NCBI RefSeq assembly: GCF_009914755.1
Contig: NC_060944.1
Source: the human T2T-CHM13v2.0 reference genome, Homo sapiens
Length of the DNA stretch: 64,000 nucleotides
Direction: 5' to 3' (one strand)
Shown piece by piece: positions 42,035-55,292 of the stretch. A program made the translations under genes and the position numbers. Each line of letters begins with the position of its first letter. The first letter of the stretch is position 1. Below the pieces are notes generated by a model. It had not been told where the DNA came from. It saw nothing but the letters and a program-made list of their open reading frames with translations, and did not search any database.

Positions 42035-42794
42035 GTGGAAGCCATTGCCCGAACATGATTGCCCACTTTGCGTCCTGAGGTCAAGGTGGGATTGGCTCAG
42101 TGAAGAGCTGGCTCATGGTGGTGGGACAGGGAGGGGAGGCAGGAAGGGTGGCCCAGGAGAAGGTCTTGGAGTGGAGGGGCCAGGGGGCCCACGGGTCTCG
42201 AAGAAGGCTTCATGAGGCTTTAGCAGGGAAGGGAGGAAGGAGAGGGTCCTAGAGTGGGGGCTTCTCCTGGCAGCTCTTGGGTGGAGCCACCTGGGCTGTG
42301 GCTTCCAGTGTGGTATCTGCCCCCAGCAGGAGGCAGGACGGGCGTGGCCCATGGTCTCAATGGGAACGTGGGGCCACGTGAGGCATGGGGTTTCCTCCAG
42401 CAGAAGGCAGGGCCGCCGTGGCCCATGGTCTCGATGGGGATGCGAGGCCATGTGAGGCATGGTGTTTCCCAGCTTCAAGGAGCCCTGGAGACCACGGATC
42501 CAGGAATTCCCACCTTGGAGTGGGAGGTAAAGAGGCAGCGCCTGGGGCGGAAAGCTCCGCAGTACTCCGCCGTGGCTCCTCTGACGTTGGCCACCAGGCG
42601 AACCCAAGCCCCAAAAGCCCAGCCCATGTGCCACGCTCCCTAGTCACCACCGGGGCGGTCCCCAGCCCGTGACGGCGCCCCTCCCTGGCCTGAGGAGTGG
42701 TGCAGGGCAGAGGGGTGTCCGTGAACACCAGCAGCCACCTCTACGGGGGTGAGGCTGGGCTGTGTGTTCCGACGCTCCACAGGCAGGGGCAGAT

Positions 42795-43260
42795 TTGTAC
42801 TAGTGTTCTGCGCTGGGTAACCAATCGCCACACAGTTGGCTGCTTGAAAACACCACCTTACGCCCTCACGGTTTCCGTGCGTTGGAATCCCGGCCTGGCG
42901 CGGCAGGGCTCTCTGCTCAGCATCTCCCTGGGCTGAAATTCAGGTGTTGACCCAGCTTCAGCCTCCCTGGAGGTCAGGCCCTCTTCTAGGTTTGCCAGGT
43001 TTTTGGCCGACCCCAGCTCCTCGCGGTTGGAGAGCTGAGGTCCCTGTTCTCTGTGGCTGGGGCCGGGTGCTCGCAGCTCCTAGAGGCTGCCCGGAGACCC
43101 TGCCACATGTGCCGGGGAGCGTTTCACAGCAGGCTGTGGCATCCTCCTCGGAGACCAGCAGGATTGGTCCCTGTGATGACCTGATGGGGTCAGGCCCAGC
43201 CAGCACCACCTTCCCTTTGAGTAACTTGAGGTCAAAGTTCCCTCCCCGGGAGTGATGCCG
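42795..43260 (-). mobile_element. Highly degenerate MLT1-family LTR
   Basis: gtaaccaatcgccacaca...gcttgaaaacaccac, ggctgaaattcaggtgttg and gctgaggtccctgtt resemble reverse MLT1E/F motifs. Confidence 0.55.
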
Positions 43261-43493
43261 TCTTGCCTGCTGGCCCTGCCCTCACTCGGGGAGAGATGGT
43301 GGCGGGATGCACCCCACGGCCAGAATTGGCCGATTCTGCCTCCGCAGGCTTTGGCTTCCAAAGGAAGTCGGGAGACTCTGAGCCTCTCGCTCTACAGGGA
43401 GAGCCGGGAGGCCCCTGAGATGGACGCCCCCTCAGCAAATGCCTGAGATGCCGGGCTGAGGGGACAGAAGCTTTGCCCATGAGCCCTGCCCAG

Positions 43494-43650
43494 GCCCAGC
43501 CCCCACCCCTGCCCTGCTCCAGGCAGCCATGCCCAGCCCCCACCCCTGCCCCGCTCCGGGCAGCCATGCCCAGCCCCCACCCCTGCCCCGCTCTGGGCAG
43601 CCATGCCCAGCCCCCATCCCTGCCCCGCTCCAGGCAGCCATGCCCAGCCC
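43494..43650 (+). repeat. 37-bp minisatellite x4.2
   Basis: gcccagcccccacccctgccccgctccaggcagccat starts at 43494, 43531, 43568 and 43605. Confidence 0.93.
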
Positions 43651-45755
43651 ACGTGCCTGGCGGGAGCATTTCTGGTGGCAGCCTTGCCCCCGGTCGTTGA
43701 GGCCCCGGATCCACGGGACGAGTGCCGTGAGAGGCCGGCTGTCTCAGTTAAGCTACCTGAAGACTCCAATTCAATCATTTATCAGGTCCCATCATAAATT
43801 CAAGGCAGCCCTCCAAGGTTTGAAGAGCTCAAATTTGACTTCCTCGGGAGTTTTACGAGGAGCAGGAGCCATTTGTCAGGGCAGACGGCTCCATCTGTTC
43901 AGCGGGCGCCCTTCGGGGAGGGAGGTTCCTGGCAAAAGCAAAGCTGGGACGGAGGTTGGTGCTGTCAGGAGGCCACGTGTCCTCCAGGGACCAGAGTGTG
44001 GCCCCTGAGAGTTTGTTTCTTGGGATGATTAGCAATTCAGCCAGGGCAGGGGCACATGGGGGTGCCGGGGGGTAGGGGAAGGTGGGGAGCTGCAGCCAAG
44101 TAACTGTGAGCAAAGAAACCCTGGCCGGCTTGAGCTGCAGCCAAACGCAGCTGCCGGAGGCCTCCCTGCTCAGGGCAGCACCCCCATATCCCAGCCACCA
44201 GGCCTCTTCTGGAGGGAAACTCGGCCCACAGGGCCCTGACCCTGGAGGGGAGAAAGGGTCACCCAAGCCTCCCTACTATCTGCAGCCTGTGGTGGGCACC
44301 CGTCAGCTGCAGAATGTGGGGGTTAGATCATAAGGCAGGAACAGCAGCTTCCTTGCCTTCTGAACATCCCGTCCCGGAGCTGGCTGGAGCCTGGCTCAGC
44401 AGAGCCAGGAGGCGCCTGCAGCGTTGGGACACGAGGCGAGCTGTGCAGAGAGGCAGCCGCACCTCGCTGGGCCCCTGGGTGGGGGGTGCTGCACTGTGCC
44501 AAGGGCTTCTGGGGCTCCCAGGTGGGGTGAGGGCTGCATCTGCCATGGAGCCCAAAGCCTCCTTGGGCCCAGGAATGGGGTTCACATCAGGAAACTGCCT
44601 GAGGGGTCTCGTTCCTGCTGTGCCCCAGGAGCGAGGGCTGGAGGAGGAGGAGGGTAGGAGACGGTTCTTCCAGAATTGACCATTTGAGCCAGGTCTGGGG
44701 GCCAGAACGGCAACCTCCCCCATGTGTGGCACATGTTTTAATCTGTCAAGTGGCTTTGTGGCCACCATCTCAGAATCTCCGAAAGCAGTAGCAATGGGAA
44801 CCACCCCCCACCAAAGCTTGTGAAAATGCAGATTCCTGGGTACACCGCCTGGGTACGCCTGGGTACACTGAATCCTCCTACAGCTGCTCTGGGGTAGTGA
44901 GCTCCCCACCTGCATAAGCATTTAACCGAAGCATCCAGCTTCAGTGACAGGAGGGCTACTGGACCAGATGACATCCAGCTCAGTCCCAGATCCACTGACC
45001 GCCCAGGGGTCTCGATCACCTGATTCTCAGCAGGGCTGGTGGAGGCTGGCACCAGGATGACTCCGGACCAAGGTGCTGGGAGCCCAGGGCCCTCGGGGTA
45101 AGGGGTGCTTCACAGTGAGCAGCCCGAGGCACGTTCCCATGGGCCATTGTCACACCCTGCCTGGGGCTGCCAGCTCCAGGGGGCCATTGTGGCCTGCACC
45201 CCCGAGGAGGAGGACACCGCCCCCTACGGGTACCCTGAGCCTGCTGCCATATTTGTAAATGCTACACGCAGGGAACCAAAAAGTCCCCGGCCCAAATGAA
45301 ACAAAACCCCAGAGAGCACCTGCTTGGGCCCACGAGAAAAAGCCATCTTGGCGTCCCATCCGCAATAGGACTCAGCTTGGCAGCCTGCACTGCGCAGCGT
45401 TCAGCTCCTTTCCAAATGAGTTTGGCGTTTTTTATAAAAAGCACCTTTATAACAATCCCAGAATGAATATTTATAGGGCAGGGATGAGGGAACCGGCTAA
45501 TTGTGGCTGAGATCTTGCCGGATCAACACTCCTCGGCTCCCAGAGGATGTGCACAGGAGATTAAAGCTGTTCCCTTCATCCCTGGGCTCAGGGCTGGGCT
45601 CCGGGTGCAGGGTGGAGACCCAGAAGGAACCCTCTAACCCTTAGCAGATCATAGGCTAATGCCATGACCAAGGGCATCAGGGGCTGGGGATGTTCTTAGA
45701 AATAGGGCCCTTGGGAGGAGGTGGGAGGCCAAGGCTAAGGGCAAAATGAGAATCT

Positions 45756-45882
45756 GAGAATTTGGCCAGTGCCATTGGGCCTCCTCTGCTGGGAGCTGAG
45801 AATTCAGCCTCTGCCATCGGGCCTCCTCTGCCGGGAGCTGAGAATTCGGCCGCTGCCATTGGGCCTTCTCTGCTGGGAGCTG
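45756..45882 (+). repeat. 42-bp tandem repeat x3
   Basis: gagaatt...gccattgggcctcctctgctgggagct starts at 45756, 45798 and 45840. Confidence 0.92.
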
Positions 45883-47571
45883 TTACAAGCTTCGGGTGGG
45901 GTGGATGATGAGGAGGCAAGACCCAGTGTGGGCGTCCATCTGGGTGTCTTGGACAGGACAGCCCAGGACCCCTGCTGTCCACCCTGGAGAGCAGAAGCTC
46001 TGAGCTCTCCCCCAGCCACCTCCTTCTGTGCAGTCCCTGGGAGAGGGGCAGGGAATAGGTGCCCAGAGTGGGACCAGGCGTCGTTTGGTTCTGGAGCTAT
46101 AGGCAGCTGCAAGAGATGCTGGTGAAATCTGCAGGGATGAGGTCCCCTCTGAGCCTTGGGGCTTTGCTGGCAGCATCGCTGTGGCCTAGGACACAGGGAA
46201 CAGAAGTGGGTGGCTAGGATCAGGCCCTTCTTTCTCCCTGGAAATGGAAATCTGTCTCAACCCAGAAAAATACTCTGCAAGAGCTGGTGAACTCGCTGGG
46301 GTGAGGGACCTGCTAGCTCCCTTCCCTGCCTGTGGTCCTTGTCCCCTGCAGGACTGGCCCTGAGTGGCTGGGGGCTGGGCACCATTCCTGATTGTCCAGC
46401 AGTGCTGGACTGGGGAGGGTCCTCACCATGGGTATGTCCATGGAGGGGGGCTCCTCCCTCAGCCCCAGCACTGCTCCCCAACCCTGACCCTGCTCTTCCA
46501 CTCACCCCCTGCAAAGATGAGCAAAGTTGCAGCTCCAAGGGGCTGGGGCGGGCAGCTCAGAGGAGCCCAGGCTGCCCACTTCTGCCGGCTCGAAATGACT
46601 TCTATTTGCTTCTAGGATGGGTCAGTGTGAGTCCTCTACAGAGGAGAAGCAGGCAGACCCACAGAAACACTTATCGCCCCCACCCGACGCACACACCCAC
46701 ACTGAGCTGGGGCATCGAGCAGAGGGACGGAGCGGGAGGAGCAAGTCTTCGGCGTCCTGGGGCGGGGACATGGAGAGATCAGAGGTCAGCCTGGGCCCCC
46801 AGGGCCCTGTTGTATGTCCCCTGCCCCTTGGGGTCCTCCCCACATCCCGGGGGGTTCTGGGTTGGCTGGACTCAAGGATGGTGCAGTTGTACCGGAGGCC
46901 GCCCTGCGCTGACCCAGAGCCTCTGAGTGACCCGTGCTGGAGGCTCCAAGCAGTGCCACGTGGGCCTCAAGGAGTGTTGGAGTCTGCGACAGCAAAGCTG
47001 TCACCATTCTGAGTGGGATGTCTGTGGCTGGAAGCAAATTGCTCTCCCCTAACATCATGGCAATGAAATAGAACTTTATGAGCTGTCAGAGAGGCTTTGC
47101 CCACTGCCCCTCAGGTAGTGCGTGTGTATTTGTTTGGCTCCGTGTGCACCTGTGTACCCTGAGGTTGGGCAGGAGGCGGCCTCCCAGGCACGGTGCAGGA
47201 GGACGGTGAGGTCCCGTTCCTTTTTGTAGTGTTGCGGGACATGCTGGATGCCCACGGGCACTTCACACACAGCTCTGGTCTGTGGGGCACACAGGTGTGC
47301 ACAGCCTCCTGGGAGCTTCCCAGGATACCTCATGTTTGTGTGAGCTGTGTGCTGGGGTGTGGGGCAGGCAGAGGGGACGATGGCAGACCACTGTAGGCTA
47401 CGTCTCCTGCTGGGAGCTCGGACGAGTCCACGGGGACCTCTTAAAGGCTCTGAGGAGGCCCATCCTCCATGCCAGTGACAGGGAGTCTCCCGGGGGAGCC
47501 CTGCTTGTCCCCCCTCGACGCTCGTCTGGGCTGGGAGGGTCTCCTGGAAAGATGTGTGAAGGAGGGGCGAG

Positions 47572-47980
47572 GTCATGAGTCTCCCATGGCTGCTGTAACA
47601 AAAGTCACAGTTTATTCTCTTGCAGTCCCAAAAGTGAAATAAATCTAAAGTCCATGTGTTGAAAGGGCTGGCTGCTGGAGGCCCTGGGGAGAATCCGGGT
47701 CCTGCCCTCTCCGGGGTCTGGAGGTTCCCGCGCCTTCACCCGTGGCCCCTCCTTTAAAGCCATCTGTGCTATGTCTTCCAGGCTCCCCCTGACTCTGACC
47801 CTCCCACCCCCTCTCCTAAGGACCCTGTGAGGACACTGGGCCCACAGAGAGCATCCAGTGTGATCCTGCTCCGTCCCTCCTGCAGAGTCCCTGCTGCCAC
47901 ATAAGGTGGCACGGCCACGGGTTCTTGGACTGGGACGTGTACATCCTTAGGGGGAGTGGGCATTACTGTGTCCCCACACA
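47572..47980 (-). mobile_element. Degenerate MLT1-family LTR
   Basis: ggctgctgtaacaaa, tttattctcttgcagt, taaggaccctgtgaggacactgggcccac and gccacataaggt match reverse MLT1 motifs. Confidence 0.7.
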
Positions 47981-48648
47981 GGGAATATGACAGCAGCAGA
48001 CTGGCTTGGGCAGTGCTAATGCTGAGTTGTCTTACGGCCCTCCCTGGCAAACCTGTGACTGGCCCCGGGACAGTGTCCTTGGCCAGGAGGGCAGCCACCC
48101 CCCACCCTGCCTCTCTCCCAACTGTGGCTGGGGCATCAGGAGAGGCAAGGTCAGACCTCAGCAGTAGCTGCCCCTCCTCAGTGGGCAGCCTGAAGGGCCC
48201 CAAGCTCACGGTCTGGGTGGCCCTGTGTCCCAGGGCAGAGGTCACTGAGAGAGGTTTGGGGCTGGACTCTGAGCTGGGCTTTTTTTTTTTTTTTTTTTTA
48301 AACAGAGGTGAAATTCACACGACATACAATGACCACTTTAACAAGTGTGGTTCGGTGGCATGTAGCACATTTGCCACACTGTGCAGCCGCCACCTCTGTC
48401 TACTTCCCAGACACTTTCATCCCCCACCGAGGAGCTCTGGAGCCCATTAAGCAGTCACTCCCGTTCCTCTCCCCGCCCCCGCACCGCGGAATCTGCTTTC
48501 TGTCTCCATGGAGCTGCCCGCTCTGTGCATCTCCTATCAGCGGAATCCTGCAACCGGCGGTCTCTGTGTCTGCTTCTCCCGCCGAGCAGGGTTTTCAGGC
48601 ACTTCGTGTTACCGCTCGTGTCCCCGTGTCATCCCTTTTTAGGGCTGA

Positions 48649-49066
<418 letters not shown>

Positions 49067-49099
49067 TGAATATTTCTTTTTATTTTGGGGAGCTGGTGC

Positions 49100-49502
49100 T
49101 GTATTAGTCAGGTCTTGCATTGCTGTAAAGATAAACCTGGGGCTCGGTGATTTATGAGGAGAGGTTTAGCTGGCTCACGGTTCTGCAGGCTGTATAGGAA
49201 GCATGGTGCTGGCATCTGCTGGGCTTCTGGTCAGCCCTCAGAAAGCTTACAGTCATGGCAGAAGGCGAAGGAGGAGCAGGCTTGTTACATTGCCAGAGCC
49301 GGAACAAAAGACAGAGAGTTGTGGGGGAGGTATGACACACTTCTCAACAACCAGATCTCGTGAGAACTCACTGTGGTGAGTGGGTTCATGGCACCCAGCC
49401 ATGAGGGATCCACCCCCAGAACCCAAACACACCAGGCCCCACCTCCGGCACTGGGGCTCACAGCTTAACACGAGCTTTGGAGGGGACGTGCAAGCTCTGT
49501 CA
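49100..49502 (-). mobile_element. MST-family (MSTA/B-like) solo MaLR LTR
   Basis: tgtattagtc...ttgcattgctgtaaag, ggctcacggttctgcaggctgtataggaagcatggtgctggcatctgct, accagatctcgtgagaactcact. Confidence 0.88.
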
Positions 49503-52500
49503 GAGGCCCAGGAGTGCAATTGCTGGGGTTTATGACTTCATTTTTCAAGGGACTGCCAGGCTGTTTCCACAGTGGCTTCACCTGCATGAGGTGGTCAGGG
49601 GTGGGTGAAGGGGCCCCACGTGTGGCTGGGCAGCAGTGACAGGGCTTGGTCAGGAGCCAACACCCTGCTCCTTGCAGTGAACAAGAAGCGCACAGCCCGA
49701 GAGAGCCCTAAGTGTTCACGGCCACCCTGTACCTACACAGCTGTGGGGTCAGCTCCAGGGAAGTGGCCTGCTCAGCCTCAGTCCTCTGCTGGGAGCCCAT
49801 TGTTCGTGGATTTCCAGAAAGAGGGGTGCCAGGTGCACACTCGACTCACTGAGTGGGCCGCTGGTCCGGGCACAGTGGAGGCCTCTGCTGGGACGTAAGA
49901 TACTATGGGAAATACTGGCTTCAAGAAACCCAAGAAACCCTCCCCACGGAGCACCTTGGCTGCTGGGGCTTTGTCCGGCCGCGGTGGGCGACTAGGGACA
50001 GCTCGGGTGTGGGGTAGCTGCGGCTGGAATCCTGCGGATGAAGTGGGAGCAGCCCTCATCAAGCCACCGCTGACTGGGACCACGGCTCCCCAACAGCTCC
50101 CACTGCCTCTGGGGTTGGGCATCCTGGCAGGTGTCCCCGCCCCTGTGGCCTGACCCTCCAAGGGTACTGGCCCTGCCGTGCACCTCCCCCACTGAATAAG
50201 CCCTCAACCTCGCCCCACTCACAAAGCTGAACACATATGAACGCGGCTTCAGCCAGAGTCCCCTGTCCTGCCCACAGCCCAGCTGTCCAGCTGTTCAGGG
50301 GTCCATGGATTCATGGATCAGTTGATTGATCGAGTCATTCATTCATTCACTTGGTCCTCTGAGCTCCAGTGTCCAAAGGCCGAAGAGAGGTGAGGAGGCA
50401 GCCCTGCCCGGGGTCCTCCCTGAGCTCCCACTTCCTCATCACCCCTAAGGGGGTGCTGTGGCCCCCCTTCCCAGTTGAGGAAGCTGAGGTCAGAGAGGTG
50501 AGAGACCTGCCCTCATCCACACCCAGGCCCAGGCTCGGAAGGGCCTCCCCCTCCACCGGGGCACAGTGATGCTGGGCGCTGGCACTGGTGAGGCGCCTCC
50601 CTCAGCCCGTCCTGCTGGTGCAGGAATGCCAAGGAATTGTGGGTGGCAGGGCCCTCCCCTGGACAAGGGTCCATCTCAGGGTGTCTGCCCCGTCGGCTGA
50701 AGACCCCCTCTCCCTGGCAGCCGGGGCCTGGTCACAGCTGCTCCTGGGACCCTCACCTTGACTGTGTGAATTTCTGCCCACGATAGAGACCCCGAATCCA
50801 CGGCTGTGGCGGGTGCAGGAGGAGGAGGATGGCCCTGCCGGGGCGTGTGTGCCACATTCTGAGCACAGACATCCCTAGGGGATTGGGATGCCGCCTGGCC
50901 CTGGGGGCTAAGGGGCCACTTGGGACACTCAGCGGTGGCCCAGGGTGAGGCTGGAATCCAGAATCAGATGGTCCTTCCCGGCAATGCAGCCCCCTCCGCA
51001 GACCGGATGGTGTGGCCCCGTGGGAAGCGCTGTGGCGTGGGGCTCCATGACCGCCCTTGGCTTCCGAGAAACCGCTGCTCTCCTGCGTCCGCCCTCCGCT
51101 CAGCTTGTGTGGTGAACTCCCCTCGTGCGCGAGGTGCCCTGTGGCCAGAGTCTGCATGTGCCTCTACTTACCCAAATCCCAGGGGCCTCTCGCTGGGAGC
51201 TGCCCCCACCCAGTCAGCCCCGGGACCCTCTGGTCTGTGCTGCAGCCTCTGCGTTGGGCAGCCTCTCTCCTGTTTGCTCTGGCACCATCCAGGCCACAGT
51301 CTCCGTGCTCCCCACTCTCCAGCCCGGCTCCCCTCTTGCTGCACTCAGAGTCCTGGGGCTGGGGCAGGTTCAGATCTGGGGACAGACAAGGATGTAGGGG
51401 CAGGAAGATAGGCTCTGGGTCTTCGCGTGCTGGGCAACTGGCTTTTCCTCCTGAGCCTCAGTTTCCCCACCTACAAAATGGTCTCAGAAGGCTCCCTGGT
51501 GACGGGCCGTCCCCCTCCTAGGGATGCACTCTGTTCCTCAGGGCCCAGGCCATCTGACATCCCCCCTTGCTCTTGTGACCACATCTGCTCCAACAGTGAA
51601 TCTTTCGGGCAAACTTTCAAGGCACAGCCAGAGCTGGGCAGCCCTCCCCAGGGCACCGCAGCTGGGCAGGGCCCCTGATGCTCCAGCCTCTGCCCTCCAC
51701 CCTCACCCTCAGCAGATAAGCCATAAGGACCCTGCTATAGCCGTGCCAGCCTGCCCAGGCCTGTGCCCCTCAGCAGGACACCTGCAGCCCTGGCACTGGC
51801 CTACAAGGCCTGACGTGGTCTGACCCTGCCCGAAGCCCAGCCCCAGGCCACCCATCCACTGCCACTGCCCCAGTGGCAGCCATGCTGGCCTCCTGCTGCC
51901 CGCTGGACACACCAGGCCCCCCTTCCCGCCTCCGGGCTCCTGCCTTCCTGTACACACTCCCCGGGGTGCTCTTCCGGGACCCTTCCCCGCCTGCCCCTCT
52001 GACATCACTGGGGGGCCTGTTCATTCACCCCCACCCAGGCCTTCCCTGACCTCTGACCTCTGACCTGCAAGGCGGGACTCCAGGCCCTGCCCCCTGCTCC
52101 CCGGCTGCTCCTTCCGGCCCCCATGCCTGGCGCTGGGCCTGTCTCCACATTCCCTGGGCTGTGCATTTTCTCTCTCCCCCGCTGTCCCATACGGCGCCAG
52201 CTACATGAGCCTCCTGAAGCTGAAACAAATCAAAGCTGCACTGACTAAAAAATCCAGGTCTGCAGGGGCACCAGCCCCGTTTCTGAGAGCTTGGCAGCCA
52301 CCGTGGCCAGTGGGAGCCGTGTGAGACAGGGCAGAGCACTCACCGTCATGGCGTGTTCCACCGGACGGGGCCTCGTGGTCAGCCCCGCAAGGGCGGGGTG
52401 AGCCTGCTTGTCCCCTGCTTGGGTCCTTGCTCAGGCGTCCCTGTGGGGCGAGGGCTGTGGTGGCCTTGCTGTCGGGGCTTACTGCTTGCTCCTTCATTCA

Positions 52501-54669
52501 TTCACGCCTTAAACCACCTGCAGACACCAAGGGGAAAGTCTCGGGGGCCTAGGCCCTTCTCCCCTCTCTTCCCCTTCTGCCCCCTCTACCCCGTCTCCCC
52601 CTTCTCTCCCCTCTCCCCTCCCTCCCGTCTCTCCTACCCACTGCGGTCTCCCTTTCAAATCATGGTGGAGTGGGCCACGGGCAGCACGGCCCTGGGCCGT
52701 CAGGGGCGAGGGCTATGGGCTCTGACTTTACTGCCCTGGCGAGGACAGCCGTGGACATGGTGGGGGCCAGAACACACCCAGCTCCGATCAGTGCTTGGTA
52801 TGGGACCTTGGGAGAGTGAGGCACCCACCCTGAGCCCACGTTCCTTCTCCGTAAAGTGGGGACAGCAAAATGCTCTCCTCTTAGGGATGCCTTGAGTGCA
52901 GCATAGAGCCCCTGCAGAAGCTTCTGGAACACCAGGCAGCCTAAGTGCTGTGTGCCGGCTGTTACTGTGAGGCTGGTGCTATGGGTAAACGGGGGAACTG
53001 CTCTGTCTTCTGGCTCTGTCCTACGGCCTGGGGGCTGTCAGATCTGGCCACCCACACCAGCCCTTCTCCTGGAAGGAGATGGCCCTGTGCCCGTGCCCTG
53101 GTCCGTGGGTGTGGGGCTGCCGTGAGGAGGGTGATTTATGGCCACGTCCGCTGCATACCCTCTCTCTCACCACCACAAAGCACCCGCATCCTTTACAGAG
53201 CCGCCTGCCCAGGCCTGCAGACTGCTCCCCACCTCCCCCATTGTGGCTGTCTATGCCCCTGACCCCAGCTGCAGGCCTGGCCTGCCCCCCTCAACCCTGC
53301 CTGGAGACGGCAGGCAGGAGGAAGTGGGCTGCAGGGGAGGGGCCTTGCAGGGGGAGTTTGGACACCACACCTCACACCACGCTCTCCCGCTGCCAGTGGG
53401 AAGCCGAGTGGCTATTTAGTTTCCAGAAAAGTGCTCAGACCAGGTAGAAGCTTAAAACCTCCTGGCCTCCTTTATGGTGAGACATGGGGTCTTTAGCGGG
53501 GCGTACAGGGCTGGGAGAAGGGCCTGGCATCACTCAAGAAGCCTCTGCACTGGGCAGGTGCAGGGGGCGTCCCTCTGTCCCTCGCTGTCGCTGGCCGGAG
53601 GACACCAGAGTGGGTGTCGGCGTGTGTGGCGAGTGTGGCTGGGGCTCCGGCTTCTCCCCATGACTCTGCAGAGCCGGCCTTGGGATGTGGGGAAGGGGCC
53701 GTGAGCCCAGGAGGTGAACCTGGAGGAGAGCCCTGCCTCAGCTCCTGTGGGCCAGCCTGGGGGGTGTGCAGGCTCCTCAGGGGCTCCCCTGGGATTAGAT
53801 GCAGCTGAGCCTGTTCTGAGCGGCATAGACTCCCCGGCCCTGTGTCCCTAACTGGCCAGAACCACAAGGGGATGCCTTCCTAAGTCCGGGAGGCACTGGG
53901 GACATTTATGAGGTGGCTTCTGAACAGGAGGACCTATGCTCTGGACAGGACTCACAAATACCAAAGCTCATTGTCCCCATCACACGGGCCTGTGCCTGCC
54001 ACCAACGAGCGGGGTCCCCGGACCACTGTGGTCCACTGTCATTCCACGACCTGGTCCCCAGTCCTGTGGGGCCCCAGAGAGATGGGACGACCAGCCAGCG
54101 TCACACAGCCTGTGAGGACAGTCTGCCAGTTCAGGCCTCTGGTCTCTGCGTCCAGGCCCTGCAAGGACAGATCCCCGTCAGGCCCCGTCCCAGGCCCTCG
54201 TCTGTTACATAATTCGGGCGTGAAATCCCGGAAGGGGGAGCTCCTGAGCCCGTCCAGCACCCGGGATTGGGGTCTCCCCATCACACACCCTTGGTGGCAG
54301 GGCCTGGCTGGGGGCGGCAAGCAGGTTGACCTTGCCTCTGTCCAAGGCGACTGGCATTTGTCATGACTTGGGGTTGGCTTGAGAGTCTCCGGAAACCCAG
54401 GTGGCTCTGTCACCACCTGATCCTGGCCCCAATTCTAGGCAAAAGGGCAGAGCCGATGGGACTGTGGAGGGGGCCACCCACTCCTGGTGGCCTGGGTGGG
54501 CTCAGCCCACTGGAGGCTCAGAGCAGCGAAGGAGGCCGTACCATTCTGCCCGCCCCCCCCACCCCCGGCCCTGCAGCCTGGGAGATGCCCGGGTCTCCCC
54601 AGGGCACCCTAGGAGCCGGCTGGCATGGCATGGAGGCTGCTGCCCGGCTACTGAGGAGGCGCCTCTGTA

Positions 54670-54970
54670 CTGGCTGGGCTAAAAATAGCGGGGGGATCTC
54701 GGGCAGGGACAGCCGGTGGGAGGCCTGTCAGGGAGGGGCCGGGAGGGGCAGGACAGCAGCCTGAGCCCGGGACCCGCCGTCAATGGCGTGGGTGCTCCCA
54801 CCCTGTTCCCGGTGGCCGGGCCAGCCGCGGCCCAGCTGACAGGCTATTTTTTCCCCTGCTTGACTAAATATGGTCAGGGAGCGCAGCCCGAGGGGGCCAC
54901 TTGGCCAGGGCCGCGTGTTTGGGATGCTTGGCCGGGTATATAAGAACTGCAAAGGTGAGGCCGGCTCCTG
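54670..54970 (+). promoter_or_regulatory. Muscle-specific promoter / proximal enhancer of the miR-1-1/133a-2 transcript
   Basis: MEF2 CTAAAAATAG 54679-54688; E-box CAGCTG 54833-54838 overlapping MEIS TGACAG 54837-54842; MEF2-like CTATTTTTTC 54844-54853; CArG-like CTAAATATGG 54864-54873; CACTTG 54898-54903; TATATAAG 54937-54944. This agrees with known SRF/MEF2/MyoD control of miR-1. Confidence 0.88.
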
Positions 54971-55236
54971 ACCCGAGGGGGGCCCCCACGCCCGCTCTGG
55001 CCTCTCAGGTCAGGCCCTCCCCTCCCCTCCCCTCCCCTCCCCCGCCCCTGTGTCTCCGCGAGCCGGCTGTGTGCCTGCGAGAGCGTGCACACCCGCGGGA
55101 CCTTCCCTTTTGTTCCACCCTGACCTCTACCTTCTCTACCTTGTGCTGACCCCGCTGGGGTGCAGGGGTTCCCTTCGGAGGAGGCCGGGGCTCAAGGTGT
55201 GCAGCTCGGCCGCCTCTCCCTAACTCTGCACCAGCG

Positions 55237-55292
<56 letters not shown>

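Noticed and set aside
41946-45882. 30-, 37- and 42-bp direct repeats as possible CRISPR-like arrays
   Set aside because: Head-to-tail with no unique spacers, in human DNA with no cas genes; ordinary minisatellites.
53405-53480. CTATTTAG and CCTTTATGG as MEF2 and CArG sites
   Set aside because: The A/T cores are too short for either consensus.
54951-54960. AAG|GTGAGG as the first splice donor of MIR1-1HG
   Set aside because: Only about 10 nt after the TATA box, so upstream of the expected start site.
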